From positions 31,887,832-31,951,831 of the forward strand of contig NC_057712.1 in NCBI RefSeq assembly GCF_004010195.1: a stretch of DNA of 64,000 nucleotides. The letters are read 5' to 3'. This DNA is from Chiloscyllium plagiosum. Its lineage: Eukaryota. Shown here piece after piece: positions 39,480 to 53,214 of the stretch (within the stretch, counting starts at the first letter, position 1; the number at the start of each line of letters is the position of its first letter). Below the pieces are notes generated by a model. That model was given only the letters and a program-made list of their open reading frames with translations. It was not told where the DNA came from and searched no databases. Position numbers and translations under genes: made by a program.

Positions 39480-42012
39480 AGCAATCTTAGGATTACCATG
39501 TATGAGTGAGTACAGAAATAAGAAGATTGAGTAAATGAACATGTGGTTGGAAAAATAGTACCAGAAGGAGGGTTTCAATTTTCTGGCATGTCAGGAGTGG
39601 TTTCTGGGTAGGTTTGACCTGTACGAGGAAGATGGCTTATACATTATCAGCACTGGGATGAAAATCCTCACGGGAAGCTTTGCTAGATATGTTGGGGAGG
39701 GTTTAAACTAGTTTCTCAGTCAAATGGGAACCTATAATGGAATTTAGATAGATTAATAACAAGGGAGGCTATGGGAATTAGAAAAGCGATAAATGAAAGT
39801 GAAAAGCCGCAGAAACAAATCCCAGAATTAACCACAGTCCACTTACATAATAGTGTTAAAACGTAGAATTAAAGGCATTCCATCTGAATACAAATAGAGT
39901 TCAAAACAAGATGGGTGATTGATGGTGTTTGCTGAACTAAAAGGGTATGACTTAGTCACCATTATAGAGATATGGCTGCAGGATGACTAGAGATTAGGAA
40001 CTAAATGTTGGGTTGACTGGATTTGACATTTATTAGGGAAAAGCCAAAAAAGGAAAAGTAGGTGAGGAGTAATGATAATAACAATTAGAATTGCTGTATT
40101 TTAACAAAGTACGATGTAGAATCTATTTGGATGGAGCTATGGAAGCATTATTTGAAGGTCACTAAGAACAATGATAATGTACAGCATGGTATAAATCAAT
40201 TACACTTATTTTGTTACTTAGAGTTGGTTGGTGGTCTGTCAATTTTGGCATCTCTGTGTTCTATATTATGGGGGTCAGGTAATGGGGGGGATGGGGGGGA
40301 CATAGCGTCCAACTATATTACATGTCACGTCTGCCAATGAAAACACACATAATGGGGCATGTAATATCTAGCCAGATGGATTTTCAAGTTCACTTTTATG
40401 CAAAACTAATCCTCCAGTGTTGCCCATAGTTTAGCAGGATCTCTCTCTGGTCCTCTTCAGACAGACCTGAAGTGTTGGTTCTGTACAAACTCACAGTTCC
40501 AATAGCTATCCTTATTTTTAATTGCTTGCTCAACTTGCTTAAATTGCCTAATTCTAATAAGCAAAGTTTCATCCTTTGCTGCAAAACCTTTGATTCAGAT
40601 AGAAAATCCATTGCTTCTAATTTGTGCTGTGGAGGTAGACAGTCATCATCCTGATACCCCCTGACTTTTGCAAATGTTACCAACATGTATGGATTGATAC
40701 GAGCAAGATCACGTGGCTACCCTGTATAGAAATTTAATAATGCAACTACTATGGTTCTTTTGCTTTATATATTTTTCCCTATGCTGTTTAGCAGGATCTG
40801 ATGGTCTACACCCAAGGTTTAAAGGAATTGGCTGCAGTTTAGTTGAAGTTTTGGTTTAAATATTCCAGAACTCACTGGATCTTGGAGACTTCTAACAAAT
40901 TGGAAAACCACTCATATGAAGTCCCTTTTAATGAAGAGGGTGGAGACAAAAAGGAAAAAACTATAGGCCAATAAGCCCAAATCCATCACTGGGAAAATTA
41001 TGAAGTGCATCATTAGGGAAGTAAGGGCAAGATGTTTAGAACAGCAATCAGAGTCAATATGATTTTGTGAAAGGGACATGATGTTTGACAATTTGCTCCA
41101 GTTATTTGAAGACATAACAAGGAGAGATAATAAATGGGAACCAGTAGATGTAGTATACTCAGATTTCCAGAAAACCAAGATAGGAGGTAATGGTGTGAGG
41201 ATGATGTATTAACATCGATTGAGGATTGGTTAATAAACAGCTGACACAAAGATGGGACTTTTAATTGATCTTTTTATCAGATAAAAAAGTTATAACTAGT
41301 AAAGTGCCATGCAAATCAACCATAGGGTCTCGGTTATTTACTACCTGTATGAATGACTTGGAAGAGAGGGCAGAGTGAAACATATCCAAATTTGCTGATG
41401 ATACAAAAAATAGGTGGTAGGGCATATTTTGGTATGGATATAAAAAATCTGCAAGGTGGGTTGAGTGAGTGGGCAAAAATCTTGCAGATAGAGTCTAATG
41501 TAGAAAAATGTAAGGTAAGTACTTTGGTAGGAAGAATCAGAAGGCAGACTATTATTCAAATGGCGAGAGACTCCAGAAATGTTTAGCACAGAGGGATTTG
41601 AGTGTCCTTGTGCAGGAAACAAAATGTTAGCATGCATATGTAGCAAGTGATTTGGAAGATTTTTAAGAAATTTAAACTTCAGAAGAATGAAAGTTGAATC
41701 TTAATGAAACACATAATTCTGACAGGGCTTGACAGGACAGATTTTGAGGAGATGTTTCTCCTAGTGGGTGAATCTCAAACTAGAGGAACAAGTTACATAA
41801 TAAGGGACTGTTCAAAAGCAGAGTTGCAAAGGGATTTATTCTCCTGGAGTGTAGTAAACATCTGGAATTTTCTATCCTAGAGACCTGTAGACGTTAGATC
41901 ACTGAAGATATGTAAAGACAAGATAGATACATTTTTGAACTATTGAGGAGTTGAGGACTATGAGAACTGGCACAAAAGAGATGTTGATTCCTGGGACAGA
42001 TCACCTATCATC
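39480..42012 (+). mobile_element. Old, long CR1 LINE: ORF1 esterase end, APE endonuclease start, RT and 3' end; interrupted at about 40200-40790
   Basis: EGFNFL..FLGRFDLYEEDGL (ORF1 SGNH-like), GYDLVTIIEIWL (endonuclease) and VDVVYSDFQK / ISKFADDTK (RT). Confidence 0.75.
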
Positions 42013-42014
42013 TT

Positions 42015-42126
42015 AGAGTCATAAAGTCATACAGCATGGAAACAGACCCTTGGGTCCAACCAGTCCATGATGACCATAATCCCAAACTAAACTAGACCCA
42101 TCTGCCAGTGTCTGGCCTTTATCCCT
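42015..42126 (-). mobile_element. HER1-type LINE 3' tail only
   Basis: TAGAGTCATAAAGTCATACAGCATGGAAACAGACCCTT matches the HER1 tail. Confidence 0.75.
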
Positions 42127-42894
42127 AGAAACCTTGCTTATTCTTGTTGAATGGTAGGGTAAATTTGAGGGCTAAATAATTTACCCTTGCTCCTATTTCT
42201 AATGTTCTTATGTATCTACAGTCTGATGAATCAGATAGTCTCTGCTGTACAGTATAGCATGATCCTGTATAACAGATCAACCAGATTGACTCCTGAAATA
42301 ACTCAAGCAGTTGAGAAGATGTTTTAAACATGATATTGCTTGTTTTAGTAGTGCAAGATAAACAGCAGTACAAACGTAAATATTCAACGTTTAATTTCAT
42401 ATTTACCAGCGTCACCTATTTTGTGTGTCCCATCAAACCCCTCATTACAAATACTTTTAAATAATAATTTTTATTCCCTTTTTTAAAAGGAACAGACTGC
42501 AGGGAGATTAGCGCGACATTTAATGTTTCAAAATTAATAACTTAAATGCAATAAAGAATCAGATTGATCTCCTGGTTTGTTAAACACCTTGCAAAATTGG
42601 TTAACAAAAACCACAACAGCTGTATTTTTGGATTAGTCATGGAAGTAATGCTATTGATGGAAAGGTTGAAGAGACCTTCCACTGCAGCACTTTCAATCCA
42701 CAGTGAACACACAGAAATAAATAAGAAAGTTGTGCCCACTAATTCTTCCTACTCTGTGATCTACTGCTCTCTTTCAAATAAAGCAGAAACTCTCTCCACC
42801 ACGTATACATTAGTTACATACCCCATGCCTGCAGCCCTTTTCCAAACCTTGGCATGTTTCTGTCATGGATCTTTTGAGAGGAGTCAGTAGTTTA

Positions 42895-43140
42895 ATGGAG
42901 GAATCAAGGCCATAACAGCAGAAGTAGGCCACTGAGACGGTTCCACCAATCCATAAAATCATTCCTGAGATGGTTGTGGTCTCAGCTCCACATTCCTGCC
43001 TGTACACAATCATTTTTGATATCTTTGTCTATCAAAAATCCATAAAGTTTCTTCTTGCATAAATTTAATGACTCAGCCTCTATTATCTTTGGGGGAGAGC
43101 ATTCTACAAATAAATGAACTTTTTTAGAACACAGGGCAGA
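42895..43140 (-). mobile_element. Old CR1 3' fragment
   Basis: SPPKIIEAESLNLCKKKLYGFL resembles the CR1 C-terminus LPxxVVEAxSLxxFKxxLDxFL. Confidence 0.6.
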
Positions 43141-43957
43141 ATCTTTCCATCCCTTAATGATGTCAACTTTATTGAAAAAGTTGGGAAAATTATGTGGGAT
43201 TCTTGATGCTGATAACAAAATATTCTGCTTTCTAACTAGGTATTGGGACAAGGGAATGGTGAGGGGCCTGTTTCCTTGCATTACCATGCACTGACATCTC
43301 ATTATTAGTTAATCTCACCTCAATTCTCTGCAGTGTCCTTTTCTCACACACATCAAAATAGAAACAAAATGGTAATAGTCCTGGTGAATATTGGAGAAGG
43401 TACGTGGTGACTGCAGCTTATCACTTGTATGCTGTGAACCCTCATCATGGACACCAGTCCTCAATATCTCAGATCATGCTCCATGGAAGCCCCCCCTTCA
43501 CAGACATTGGCATGGGGGCCATGAACCAGCCTCACTGCTCCTTCATAACGCATCTCCAAAGCTCTACTTAAGAGCAATATGAAGGTCATCAAGTAGTAAT
43601 TGCATAGATGAGGCATTTTTACCTTACAGGTTGACGTCACCTGTAAACATGATATGGTGCATGTGCAATGCAGGGTCCAACTATGTGAACTGCTAATGCT
43701 GATCATAAACAATCTTGACCATGTCACTGGCTATTGCAATGAATTATGAATCTCTGTAAAGCTGAAGTGGTCACAGGTGACCTTGAACATAGCACCTGTG
43801 GGCCACAATTCGCAAAGCTATGCATGATCTGGGGCATGGAACTCCAATTATGAACTGTAAGTATCCACCAATGTGCTCTTATATGGAATGTTAGCTTTCA
43901 TGGGTGATGAGAGGCTGAGAGAACAAGGGCTCAATATTCATGCAGCATTTACAGTTT

Positions 43958-45999
43958 CTTAGGAGAGCTAGAAGTGGGCATGAAAAAGCTTTAGTGAGTC
44001 GGATTAAGGAAAACCCAAAGGTATTCTACACATATGTGAGGAACAAGAGGTTAGCCAGCATGAGGATAGGGCCGATCAGGGAGAGTAGAGGGAACTTGTG
44101 CTTGGAGACAGAGGAGGTAGGGGAGGTCTTTAATGGATACTTTGCTTTAGTATTCACTACTGAGATGGGCCTTGACATTTCTGAGGACAATGTGAAGAAT
44201 ACTGATACGTTCAAACAGGTTGATGTTAAGAGGGAGGATGTGCTCAAAACTTTGAAAAACATAATGATAGATAATTCCCCTGGGCCAGGCTGGATATACC
44301 CTAGGTTCCTACAGGAAGCAAGGGGAGAGATTGCTGCGCATTTGACAATGATCTTTGCATCCTCACTGTCCACTAGAGTAGTGCCAGATGATTGGAGAGT
44401 GGCAAATATTGTTCCCTTGTTCAAGAAAGGGAATAAGGATAATCCTGGGAATTACAGGTCAGTCAGTTTTACGTCTCTGGTGGGCAAAGTATTGGAGAGG
44501 ATTCTGAGAGACAGGATTTATGATTATATGAAAAACCATAGCTTGATTAATGATAGGCAGCATAACTTTGTGAGGGGCAGGTCATACTTCACAAACCTTA
44601 TTAAATTCTTTGAGGATATGACAAAACACATTGATGAAGGTAGACCAATGTGTGTACATGGATTTGAGCAAGTTGTTTGATATGGTTCCCCATGATAGAC
44701 TCATTCAGAAAGTAAAGAGGCATGGGATATAGGGAAATCTGGTTGTCTGGACACAAAATTGACTGGTCCATAGGTGATGGATGGTACTAGATAGAAAGTA
44801 TTCAGTCTGGAGTTTGGTGACCAGTGGTGTTCCACAGGGATTGATTCTGGGACCTCTGCACTTTGTGATTTTTATGAATGGCTTGGATGAGGAAGTGGAA
44901 GGGTGGGTTAGTAAGTTTGCCAAAGACACAAAGGTTGGTGGAGTGGTTGATAATGTTAGATTAGATTAGATTACTTACAGTGTGGAAACAGGCCCTTCGG
45001 CCCAACAAGTCCACACCGACCCGCCGAAGCGCAACCCACCCATACCCCTACATTTACCCCTTAAACCTAACACTACGGGCAATTTAGCATGGCCAATTCA
45101 CCTGACCCGCACATCTTTGGACTGTGGGAGGAAACCGGAGCACCCGGAGGAAACCCATGTATAGGGCTGTTATAGGTTGCAATGGGACATTGACAGGATG
45201 CAGAGCTGGGATGACAAGCGGCAGGTGGACTTCAACCTGGAAAAGTGTGAAGTGATTTATTTTGGAAGGCAGGATTTGTGTGCGGAATACAGGGTTAAAG
45301 ACAGGATTCTTGGCAGTGTTGAGGACCAGAGGATCTTGAAGTCTATAGATCCCATAAAGTTGCCACCCAAGTTGATAGAGTTGTTAAGAAGGCAGATGGT
45401 GTGTTGGCTTTCATTAGCAGGGAGATTGAGTTTAAGAGCTGCGAGGTTATGCTACATCTCTATAGAGCTCTGTTTAGACCACATTTGGAATATTGTATTC
45501 AGTTCTGGTCGCCTCACTATAGGAAGGATATGGAATCTTTAGAGAGGGTGCAGAGGAGATTTACCAGGATGCTGCCTGGATTGGAGGGCATGTCTTATGA
45601 AGAAAGGTTGAGGGAGCTAGGGCTTTTCTCATTGGTGTGAAGAAGGATGAGAGGTAACTTGAAAGAGATGTACAAGATGATGAGAGGCATAGTTAGACTG
45701 GATAGCCAGAGATTTTTTCCCAGGGCGGAAATGGCTATCATGAGCGGGCATAATTTTAAGGTGATTGGAGGAAGGTTAGGGGAGATGTCAGAGGTAGGTT
45801 CTTTACAGAGAGAGTGGTGGGTGCATGGAGTACACTGCCAGCAGTGGTAATAGAGTCAGGTACACTAGGGACATTTAAACGACACATGGAAGGCACATGA
45901 AGGGTATGTAGATTGGTTTGATCTTAGAGTAGGATAAAAGGTCAGCATAACATCGAGGGCCAAAGACCTGGACTGTGTTGTACTGTTCTATGTTCTATG
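43958..45999 (+). mobile_element. CR1 LINE ORF2 (about 2 kb, frameshifted), second subfamily
   Basis: ORF 43940-44680 (IKENPKVFYTYV..SPGPGWIYPR..PLFKKGNKDNPGNYR), SGVPQGLILGP, SKFAKDTK and LEYCIQFWSPHY. Tail (GTTCTAT)n. Confidence 0.93.
44957..45157 (-). mobile_element. HE1/V-SINE nested in a CR1 LINE
   Basis: (TAGAT)n tail and V-core, with CpGs retained (young copy). It interrupts the RT coding sequence just after the FADD-equivalent motif. Confidence 0.9.
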
Positions 46000-48041
46000 C
46001 TTTCACTGTCACTTTGTGACATGACTGGTGCTGCTTTCATCACTGCGTTGAAGTACCATGTAGGGACATTACATGGTCCTCCTTCTCAAATTAGTCTATG
46101 TTCCACTGAGTGGAGGAGTATATTAAACCATCATTTTCGAGTGACATAGGTGCTGACTGCTCACATTACTAAGGACCTGTTCTGTTTATTACTTCCCTGA
46201 GCCGGAGTCATTGAAAACATGGCCAATGGCTGCAGCCTCAGTAAGGGCTGTCATTGCAGTGGGAATGAAGGCACAGAGAAATGAAGGAGGAACTGGCGAG
46301 CCCAGGACTGGCAGCAACATGCAGCAAATGCCAAAGATATGCAGCCCCTCAAGACTTAGAAGAGCTACAGGAGGCCTAGAATCTTATTGATTCCGTTTCC
46401 TCCTGATGAGGGAGGCACAATGCTGCTGAAGACTGAGGAGGTTCTAGGACACACAGAACCAAATGCAACATGAAGGAATGGGTGGCCACCCTATTCTGAC
46501 TGCTGTTCTAGTAAATGCTGCACTAAACCAAACAGAGTGTGCTGCATAGATCCTAGCAGGCTATGCTCTGTACAACTGGAGCAGAGGGAACGTGATAGAC
46601 TTCACAGAGTCGGGAGCGCAGCAAGAGTCTTCCAAGGATGAAGAAGAAAACATTGAGCAGGAAGAACACCCTCACTGTGATAGAATACTGTATTGTCAGG
46701 CGCAACAGGGCAGCCAGGGCTTCTTCAACACCCAATTCCAGTTAATGACAGACGGCTACAGTGATCACTCATTGACTGTAAATCTGTTGGTGCTGAAAAG
46801 ACAAGCAGTCCGTTTCCATCACCCAAACGTAAATGCAGCTTTAACCTGTTTTTATGTTTGCTGTTGATGAATAAAATGGAATCTTGAAGGCTTTCCTGTA
46901 TGTGATGGTTCCACATTTAATGATAATAAGATGGACATTGGAGAAAGAGGACCACTCCCTTAAACCAGGTTGTATGATGGGGTCAGACTAAGGACAGCAA
47001 AAATGTGTCACTTGGTTCTCGAGAAACAAAAGATGCACAAATATACTCATGCACGTGCAATGAAGGGTCAGTTGTGCCATCCAGGTGGTTTCCTTCCTAA
47101 TGCATGCACAGAGAATCTCACCTTTGCTGCCCTTTAGCTGTGCTCTTGACTTCAACCCATTCCCAGTTTCCGTGCTTGCTTAAAAGCTGTTCTTTCTGAC
47201 TTCCTCTTGTCATTGTCCTGAAGATTGAACAGTCTTTCCATCTTTGCAGAAGCTGCCTGAGCTACTGAGTAATTCCAGCATTTCTTACTTATCGCTCCAA
47301 AAGGCCAGATTCGATAGAATTCAGCTTGTACGCTTTCATACCAAGTCTAAGCTGTTTCCACAATTACAGTTCCTACTATCCTGCTCATGGTAGGAACTAT
47401 GAGGAAATCTGACAGTCCTAATATAAATGTTAATGCAGCAGATATTGATTTTAAATAATTTTGGTAGCTACTCCTCCATATGACCTCCAACATTTCATAA
47501 TCACAGGACAGAACCTTTTGTAACAAAGCATAATAGAAAAGTGTACTGCTTTCTTGTCAAATTGCAACACTTTCACATTTGCTGAAGGAGATCCTAATCT
47601 TTTATTAAACATTACAGCACTTCAAAGTGTGAGCGATGAAGAATACATGCAGCCTGCAGCTATTTGAATTTATTGGTTTCTGTCAGTCAAACTGATGATG
47701 GGGAATAATGAGAGCCAATACTATCCAATAGGGGGAATTTTAATTCCTCACAGCAGGTGACTTTCAGCTGTCTGCGATGTTAAAATGATAAAAATCTGAT
47801 TCCTGATCCCAACAAGCTTACTTTGATTTTAATGGAGGTGGAATTTAAAAAAAACAACCTACTTATTTGCAAGAGGTGAGTCGGAAATTAAAATGTTCCA
47901 AGAGGGTGTTTGCCTCATACTTAACCATCATGTTACTTTGTAGCAAGCTGAAGAAGTTGTCAAAGCTTCAGAAAACCATCAGTTAAAGGGAAGTAAGAAT
48001 AACTCGATCTAGGAGAGAGGTATCTAGAACACCAGCGAGGG

Positions 48042-48836
48042 GTTGCATTTTGGGAAAGCAAATCTTAGCAGGACTTATACACTTAATGGTAAGGTCCTAG
48101 GGAGTGTTGCTGAACAAAGAGACCTTGGAGTGCAGCTTCATAGCTCTTTGAAAGTGGAGTCGCAGGTAGATAGAATAATCAAGAAGGTGTTTGATATGCT
48201 TTCCTTTATTGGTCAGAGTATTGAGTGCAGGAGTTGGGAGATCATGTTGCAGCTGTGCAGGACATTGGTTAGGCCACTGTTGGAATATTGCATGCAATTC
48301 TGGTCTCCTTCCTATCGGAAAGATGTTGTGAAACTTGAAAGGGTTCCGAAAAGATGTATAAGGATGTTACCAGGATTGGAGGATTTGAGCTACAGGGAGA
48401 GGCTGAACAGGCTGGGGCTGTTTTCCCTGGAGCGTCAGAGGCTGAGAGGTGACCTTATAGAGGTTTACAAAATTATGAGGGATATGGATAGAATAAATAG
48501 GCAAAGTCTTTTCCCTGGTGTCGGGGAGTCCACAACTAGAGGGCCTTTTTAGGGTGAGAGGGGAAAGATGTAAAATAGACCTACGGGGCAACATTTTCAT
48601 GCAGAGGGTATTACGTGTATGGAATGAGCTGCCAGAGGAAGTGGTGGAGGCTGGTACAATTGCAACATTTAAGAGACATCTGGATGGGTATATGAATAGG
48701 AAGGGTTTGGAGGGATATGGGCCGGGTGCTGGCAGGTAGGACTAGATTGGGTTGGGATATCTGGTCGGCATGGACCGGATGGACCGAAGGGTCTGTTTCC
48801 ATGCTGTACATCTCTATGACTCTATGACTCTATGAC
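48042..48836 (+). mobile_element. HER1-type CR1 LINE, 5'-truncated
   Basis: ORFs 48043-48552 and 48518-48739 (CR1 C-terminus) with a tail of tandem CTCTATGA units. Confidence 0.93.
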
Positions 48837-49247
48837 CAGCAATACCTACCTCGAGTCAATGAACTCCTCTGCATACCCCCCCACCACCACCACATTCTAC
48901 CCCACATTCAACACTTCAGATCTTTTCTGTCCCAATAGCTGTGTTCAACTTGCCCCAACTCCAACCTTCCTGAAGTTGCCTACCTCTGCAGCCTACTCAT
49001 ACTGGTCATTTACTTTTTTTTTTAAGTCTTTTTCCACTGAGTAAGTATAAATAAGTATTTATTCCTTCACTGGCCTATTGGTCTGAATATTAATCTGGAG
49101 ATGGGTAAGAAGCAGTAGGGATCTGAAGATGGACCAGAAATTGACTTGAGATGGAGAAACCTGAAAACCTGGGATTAAACTCAGAGGTGAAAATGTGTTG
49201 CTGGAAAAGCGCAGCAGGTCAGGCAGCATCCAAGGAACAGGAGAATC

Positions 49248-49275
49248 GACGTTTCAGGCATAAGCCCTTCCTCAG
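49248..49275 (-). ncRNA. Minimal hammerhead ribozyme motif
   Basis: Reverse complement reads CTGAGGA-A-GGGC-TTAT-GCCT-GAAA-CG-TC. Core is intact, with a G.U pair at the base of stem II and palindromic ACGT at helix III. Confidence 0.65.
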
Positions 49276-49976
49276 GAATGAGGAAAGTGTGTCCAGCAGG
49301 CTAAGATAAAAGTTAGGGAGGAGGGACTTGGGGGAGGGGCGTAGGAAATGCAATAGGTGGAAGGAGGTCAAGGTGAGGGTGATAGGCCGGAGTGGGGTGG
49401 GGGCGGAGAGGTCAGGAAGAAGATTGCAGGTTAGGAAGGCGGTGCTGAGTTCGAGGGATTTGACTGAGACAAGGGGAAATGAGGAAACTGGAGAAATCTG
49501 AGTTTATCCCTTGTGGTTGGAGGGTTCCTAGGCGGAAGATGAGGCGCTCTTCCTCCAACTGTCGTGATGCTATGGTCTGGCGATGGAGGAGTCCAAGGAC
49601 CTGCATGTCCTTGGTGGAGTGGAAGGGGGAGTTGAAGTGTTGAGCCACGGGGTGGTTGGGTTGGTTGGTCCGGGTGTCCCAGAGGTGTTCTCTGAAATGT
49701 TCCGCAAGTAGGCGGCCTGTCTCCCCAATATAGAGGAGGCCACATCGGGTGCAGCGGGTACTTCCATATCCACCACAAATTCACCTGCACCTCCACACAC
49801 ATCATCTAATGCATCCGCTGCACCCGAACTCAGCACCACTTTCCTAACCTGCAATCTTCTTCCTGACCTCTCCGCCCCCACCCCACTCCGGCCTATCACC
49901 CTCACCTTGACCTCCTTCCACCTATTGCATTTCCTACGCCCCTCCCCCAAGTCCCTCCTCCCTACCTTTTATCTTA

Positions 49977-49989
49977 NNNNNNNNNNNNN
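49977..49989. other. Assembly gap (13 N)
   Basis: Run of N inside the inverted repeat. Confidence 0.99.
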
Positions 49990-50451
49990 GTCGATTCTCC
50001 TGTTCCTTGGATGCTGCCTGACCTGCTGCGCTTTTCCAGCAACACATAGCTCTGATCTCCAGCATCTGTAGTCCTCACTTTCTCCATTAAACTCAGAGGG
50101 ACATTTTAACATTTTGATTTAACATTTTAACATCCACCCTGGCTGTTGACTGGGGGATGCTGGTGTGACAAGATTGCAGAGATGGACAAGGTCAGGGAGG
50201 ATGGAGCTGGGGTGTTAGGGTTATGGAGCCAGTCAACACTGTGGATCTTCTGGTTAGCAACATTCATAAGGGTTGGGGTGGGATCGCAAGTATCAGTCAG
50301 ATTGTTTCAGGGAAAAGAGGTGATGCTGATAAATTTGATCCAGCATGGAAGTGGAAAGATTCCTCCTTAACCAGATCTTTCTGCTCTTCTGCCATCAAAT
50401 TTCCTGAGGTTTGGAAAAAAAAAACAGCTGGTAAGGATGTACTTTAAAATA

Positions 50452-52533
50452 CAGTAGTGCCTCGAATTCCGTTCCAGGACCCGGTTCGCGAACCGAAAAG
50501 TTCGCGAACTGAATCAATTTTCCCATTGTTCGGATATTTCCGGAGTCTTTTCTCTTTTTTGTCTTTTGGAGGTTGGTGATGCCACAAGAAAACGATCCAG
50601 AGAAACTTGTTTTTTCCCTTTGTTGCAGAATTTTCCGAAAATGGGACATTACATTGTCATTTAAAATGTTCACTGCTCTGTTGGTCACAGTTTTGTTAGG
50701 GTGATGCCTCTCAACAAAAGCCTGCACTTCATTTGCTACAAATGTCTTTGATTTGAACACTTGATACATCTTCCCTCTCTTCTTCCTCCTCTCCAGAATT
50801 CTCCTGCTGCATAACCTTCACCTGCTCCTGTTGCAATTCAACAAGATCTTCTGTGCTGAGTTCTTGTCTGTGGTCCTCCACCAGCTCTGCCACATCATCC
50901 TCATCGACATCCAAGCCCATATTTTGGCCCAGGGTCACAATCTCCTACACTACTTATATTGATGTCTCCTCCTCAAACCCTCGAAGTCTCCCTCAGGTCC
51001 ACAATCTGGCCAAAGTTTCCTCCAGGCCGACTGCAACGTACGGAAAGAGACCTCGTTCCATGCCTTATCAATAAGGCTTATACAGTGGAGGATATTGAAG
51101 TGGTCCTGTCAGTACTGACCAAGGGTCAAATCTGTGTCGTTGGTGACCTGGAAACACCTGGCGAACAGAGCCTTCGTATATCATTTTTTGAAATTTGCAA
51201 TGACATTCTGGTCCATGGGTTGGATGAGAGGAGTGGTGTTGGGAGGAAGGAACTTTACTTTTATGAAGTCGTATTCAATGTCCAAGTCTTCTTCCAAATT
51301 TGGAGGCTGGGCAGGAGCATTGCCACTTAAGTGGCAAATTATTTGTTTCAAGATATTATTTGACAGCTGGTGCAAAAACTTCCGTCAACCATTCCATAAA
51401 AATCACTCGCGTGACCCAAGCCTTGCAATTCGCCCTCCACATTACCGGGAGTTTAGCCTTCAACACATTATTGCGTTTAAAAACGCGACGATTTTCAGAG
51501 TGGTAGACTAATAGAGGTTTAATCTTGCAATCCCCACTTGCATTTGCGCATAATAAAAGCGTTAACCTGTCCTTCATTGGTTTGTGGCCCGGTAGTGCCT
51601 TCTCCTCTTGAGTTATGTAAGTCCTTTTGGGCATTTTTTTCCAGAAAAGTCCAGTTTCATCACAGTTAAAAACTTGATGTGAGACATAACCTTCATCTTC
51701 AACAAACTTATTGAATTCCTTCACAAAGTCCTCCGCTGCCTTTTTGTCTGAACTAGCCGCTTCTCCATGCCTTATTACACTATGGATTCCAGTTTGTCGA
51801 CGAAATTTATCAAACCAGCCTCTGCTGGCTTTAAATTCTTCAATGCTAGCAGTACTTGTACTCGGCGATGTCGCCAACAAATCACGGTGTGTGTGTAGAG
51901 CCTTCTTGCAGATTATAGTCTTGTTAACACTATCTCCAGCAAGCTCTTTTTGATTTATCCAAACTAATAATAATTTTTCAACCTCATCTAACAACTTAGG
52001 CCTTTGCTTCATTAAAATAGTCACTCCTTTAGCCACGTCAGCTGCCTTTAGTGCCTCTTTGTTCTTTAGGATAGTACAGAGAGTCGATTTCGCCATGTCG
52101 TACTGCATAGCGAAATCAGATACGCGAGCACCATTCTCGTGTTTAGCTATTATCTCCTTCTTCGTTTTTACAGTAATACATTTACGTTTCTTAATACTAC
52201 TATCACTACCACTTTTCACTTTCTTGGGAGCCATAATGAGGGCTAATTTAATGTAAAAAACAAAAAAAAGCGTAACAATGCTTGGACGTTGGATGTTCAC
52301 AGCGCGCGCGCCAAAGACGAACTGAATAAGATCACACGGGGCTCAAGAGCTTTTGCGTTCAAAGTGCGCGTAGCAAATCAGAACAATAACAATGAAACCA
52401 CGGGCGTTTTGCGTTCGTACCTTCGTTCGTACCTTGAATTTCGTACGTACGTTGAAGCAAAATTTTACTTACAATCCTGTTTGTAAACCGATTTGTTCGT
52501 GAACGGGGTTGTTCGTATGTCGAGGCGCTACTG
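50452..52533 (-). mobile_element. pogo/Tigger (Tc1-mariner superfamily) DNA transposon
   Basis: TA dinucleotides at 50450-50451 and 52534-52535. TIRs CAGTAGTGCCTCGA and CAGTAGCGCCTCGA (rc). Internal transposase present. Confidence 0.93.
50530..52234 (-). pseudogene. Tigger/TIGD1-like DDE transposase, disrupted
   Basis: ATG at 52234 (MAPKK). CENP-B-type HTH domains (..FKASRGWFDKF), VFNCDETGLFWKKMP, KDRLTLLLCANASGD and FLPPNTTPLIQPMDQ. Stop at about 51356, the second catalytic Asp lost (GNAPAQP), and later stops/frameshifts. Confidence 0.92.
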
Positions 52534-53214
52534 TAATGCTCAATCTGAGGTGTATAGCTTCATTATAACATTTAAACCACCACTCCATCTCCTGAAAGTT
52601 GCATATTATTGGCCATCCCTATCATGACTCCATTCAAAATAGATGGGTTTAGTTGGATACAGATTTTTTTAACATTTTAAATCCTATTCAATCCAAACCA
52701 ATTTGATTTTAGACAATAAAACATTCTTCCATGATATCGTTTAGACCCTGGTGGTTTGTCCATCATTTTGTGCAATTAACCAACTGTGTCCTGCTCTTTG
52801 GAGAAATATGTATCCATTTGGTGTACTGGTAGGCTTGTTATAGCCATGCGATCTCTATTACTGCTGTAACCTGCATTCACTTTATTTTGTATCACATTCC
52901 TGGAAACTTGACGGTTGATGTGTACGTTGAGGATGAATGTGTTTTCAGAGCTGCAAGACACTCAGCGACCACTTTAAAACAAAAGGAAAATGTATTTAAA
53001 GTAATCACACCTTGCATCTTTGAAGTTGTGGGTGAGTCAGAATGGCTGTGAATTTTCTGTTCCCTGTTGTTGTGAAAATAAAAGGAGATGTGAAACAGAT
53101 TTGGATTCTTTTTCTCCTACCTTCAGTAGTAAAACTGAGAAGTAGCTACAGAATTAAACAAAAACACTGAGCAAATAAGAGTAACAATCCTGTCAGAAAT
53201 GCTGGCAACAAGCT

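Larger units (their letters stand above)
49188..50085. mobile_element. Fold-back family-B PLE: GIY-YIG C-terminus/3' UTR/pLTR on the minus strand, inverted copy on the plus strand
   Basis: Reverse complement gives AQHFNSPFHSTKDMQVLGLLH..LEEERLIFRLGTLQPQG. 49826-49976 is the reverse complement of about 49302-49453. Perfect 14 bp TSD ATTAAACTCAGAGG at 49174-49187 and 50086-50099. Confidence 0.9.

Noticed and set aside
51356-52300. 314 aa ORF as a domesticated host TIGD gene
   Set aside because: It lies within TIRs and TA TSDs, and the downstream transposase is broken by stops and frameshifts.
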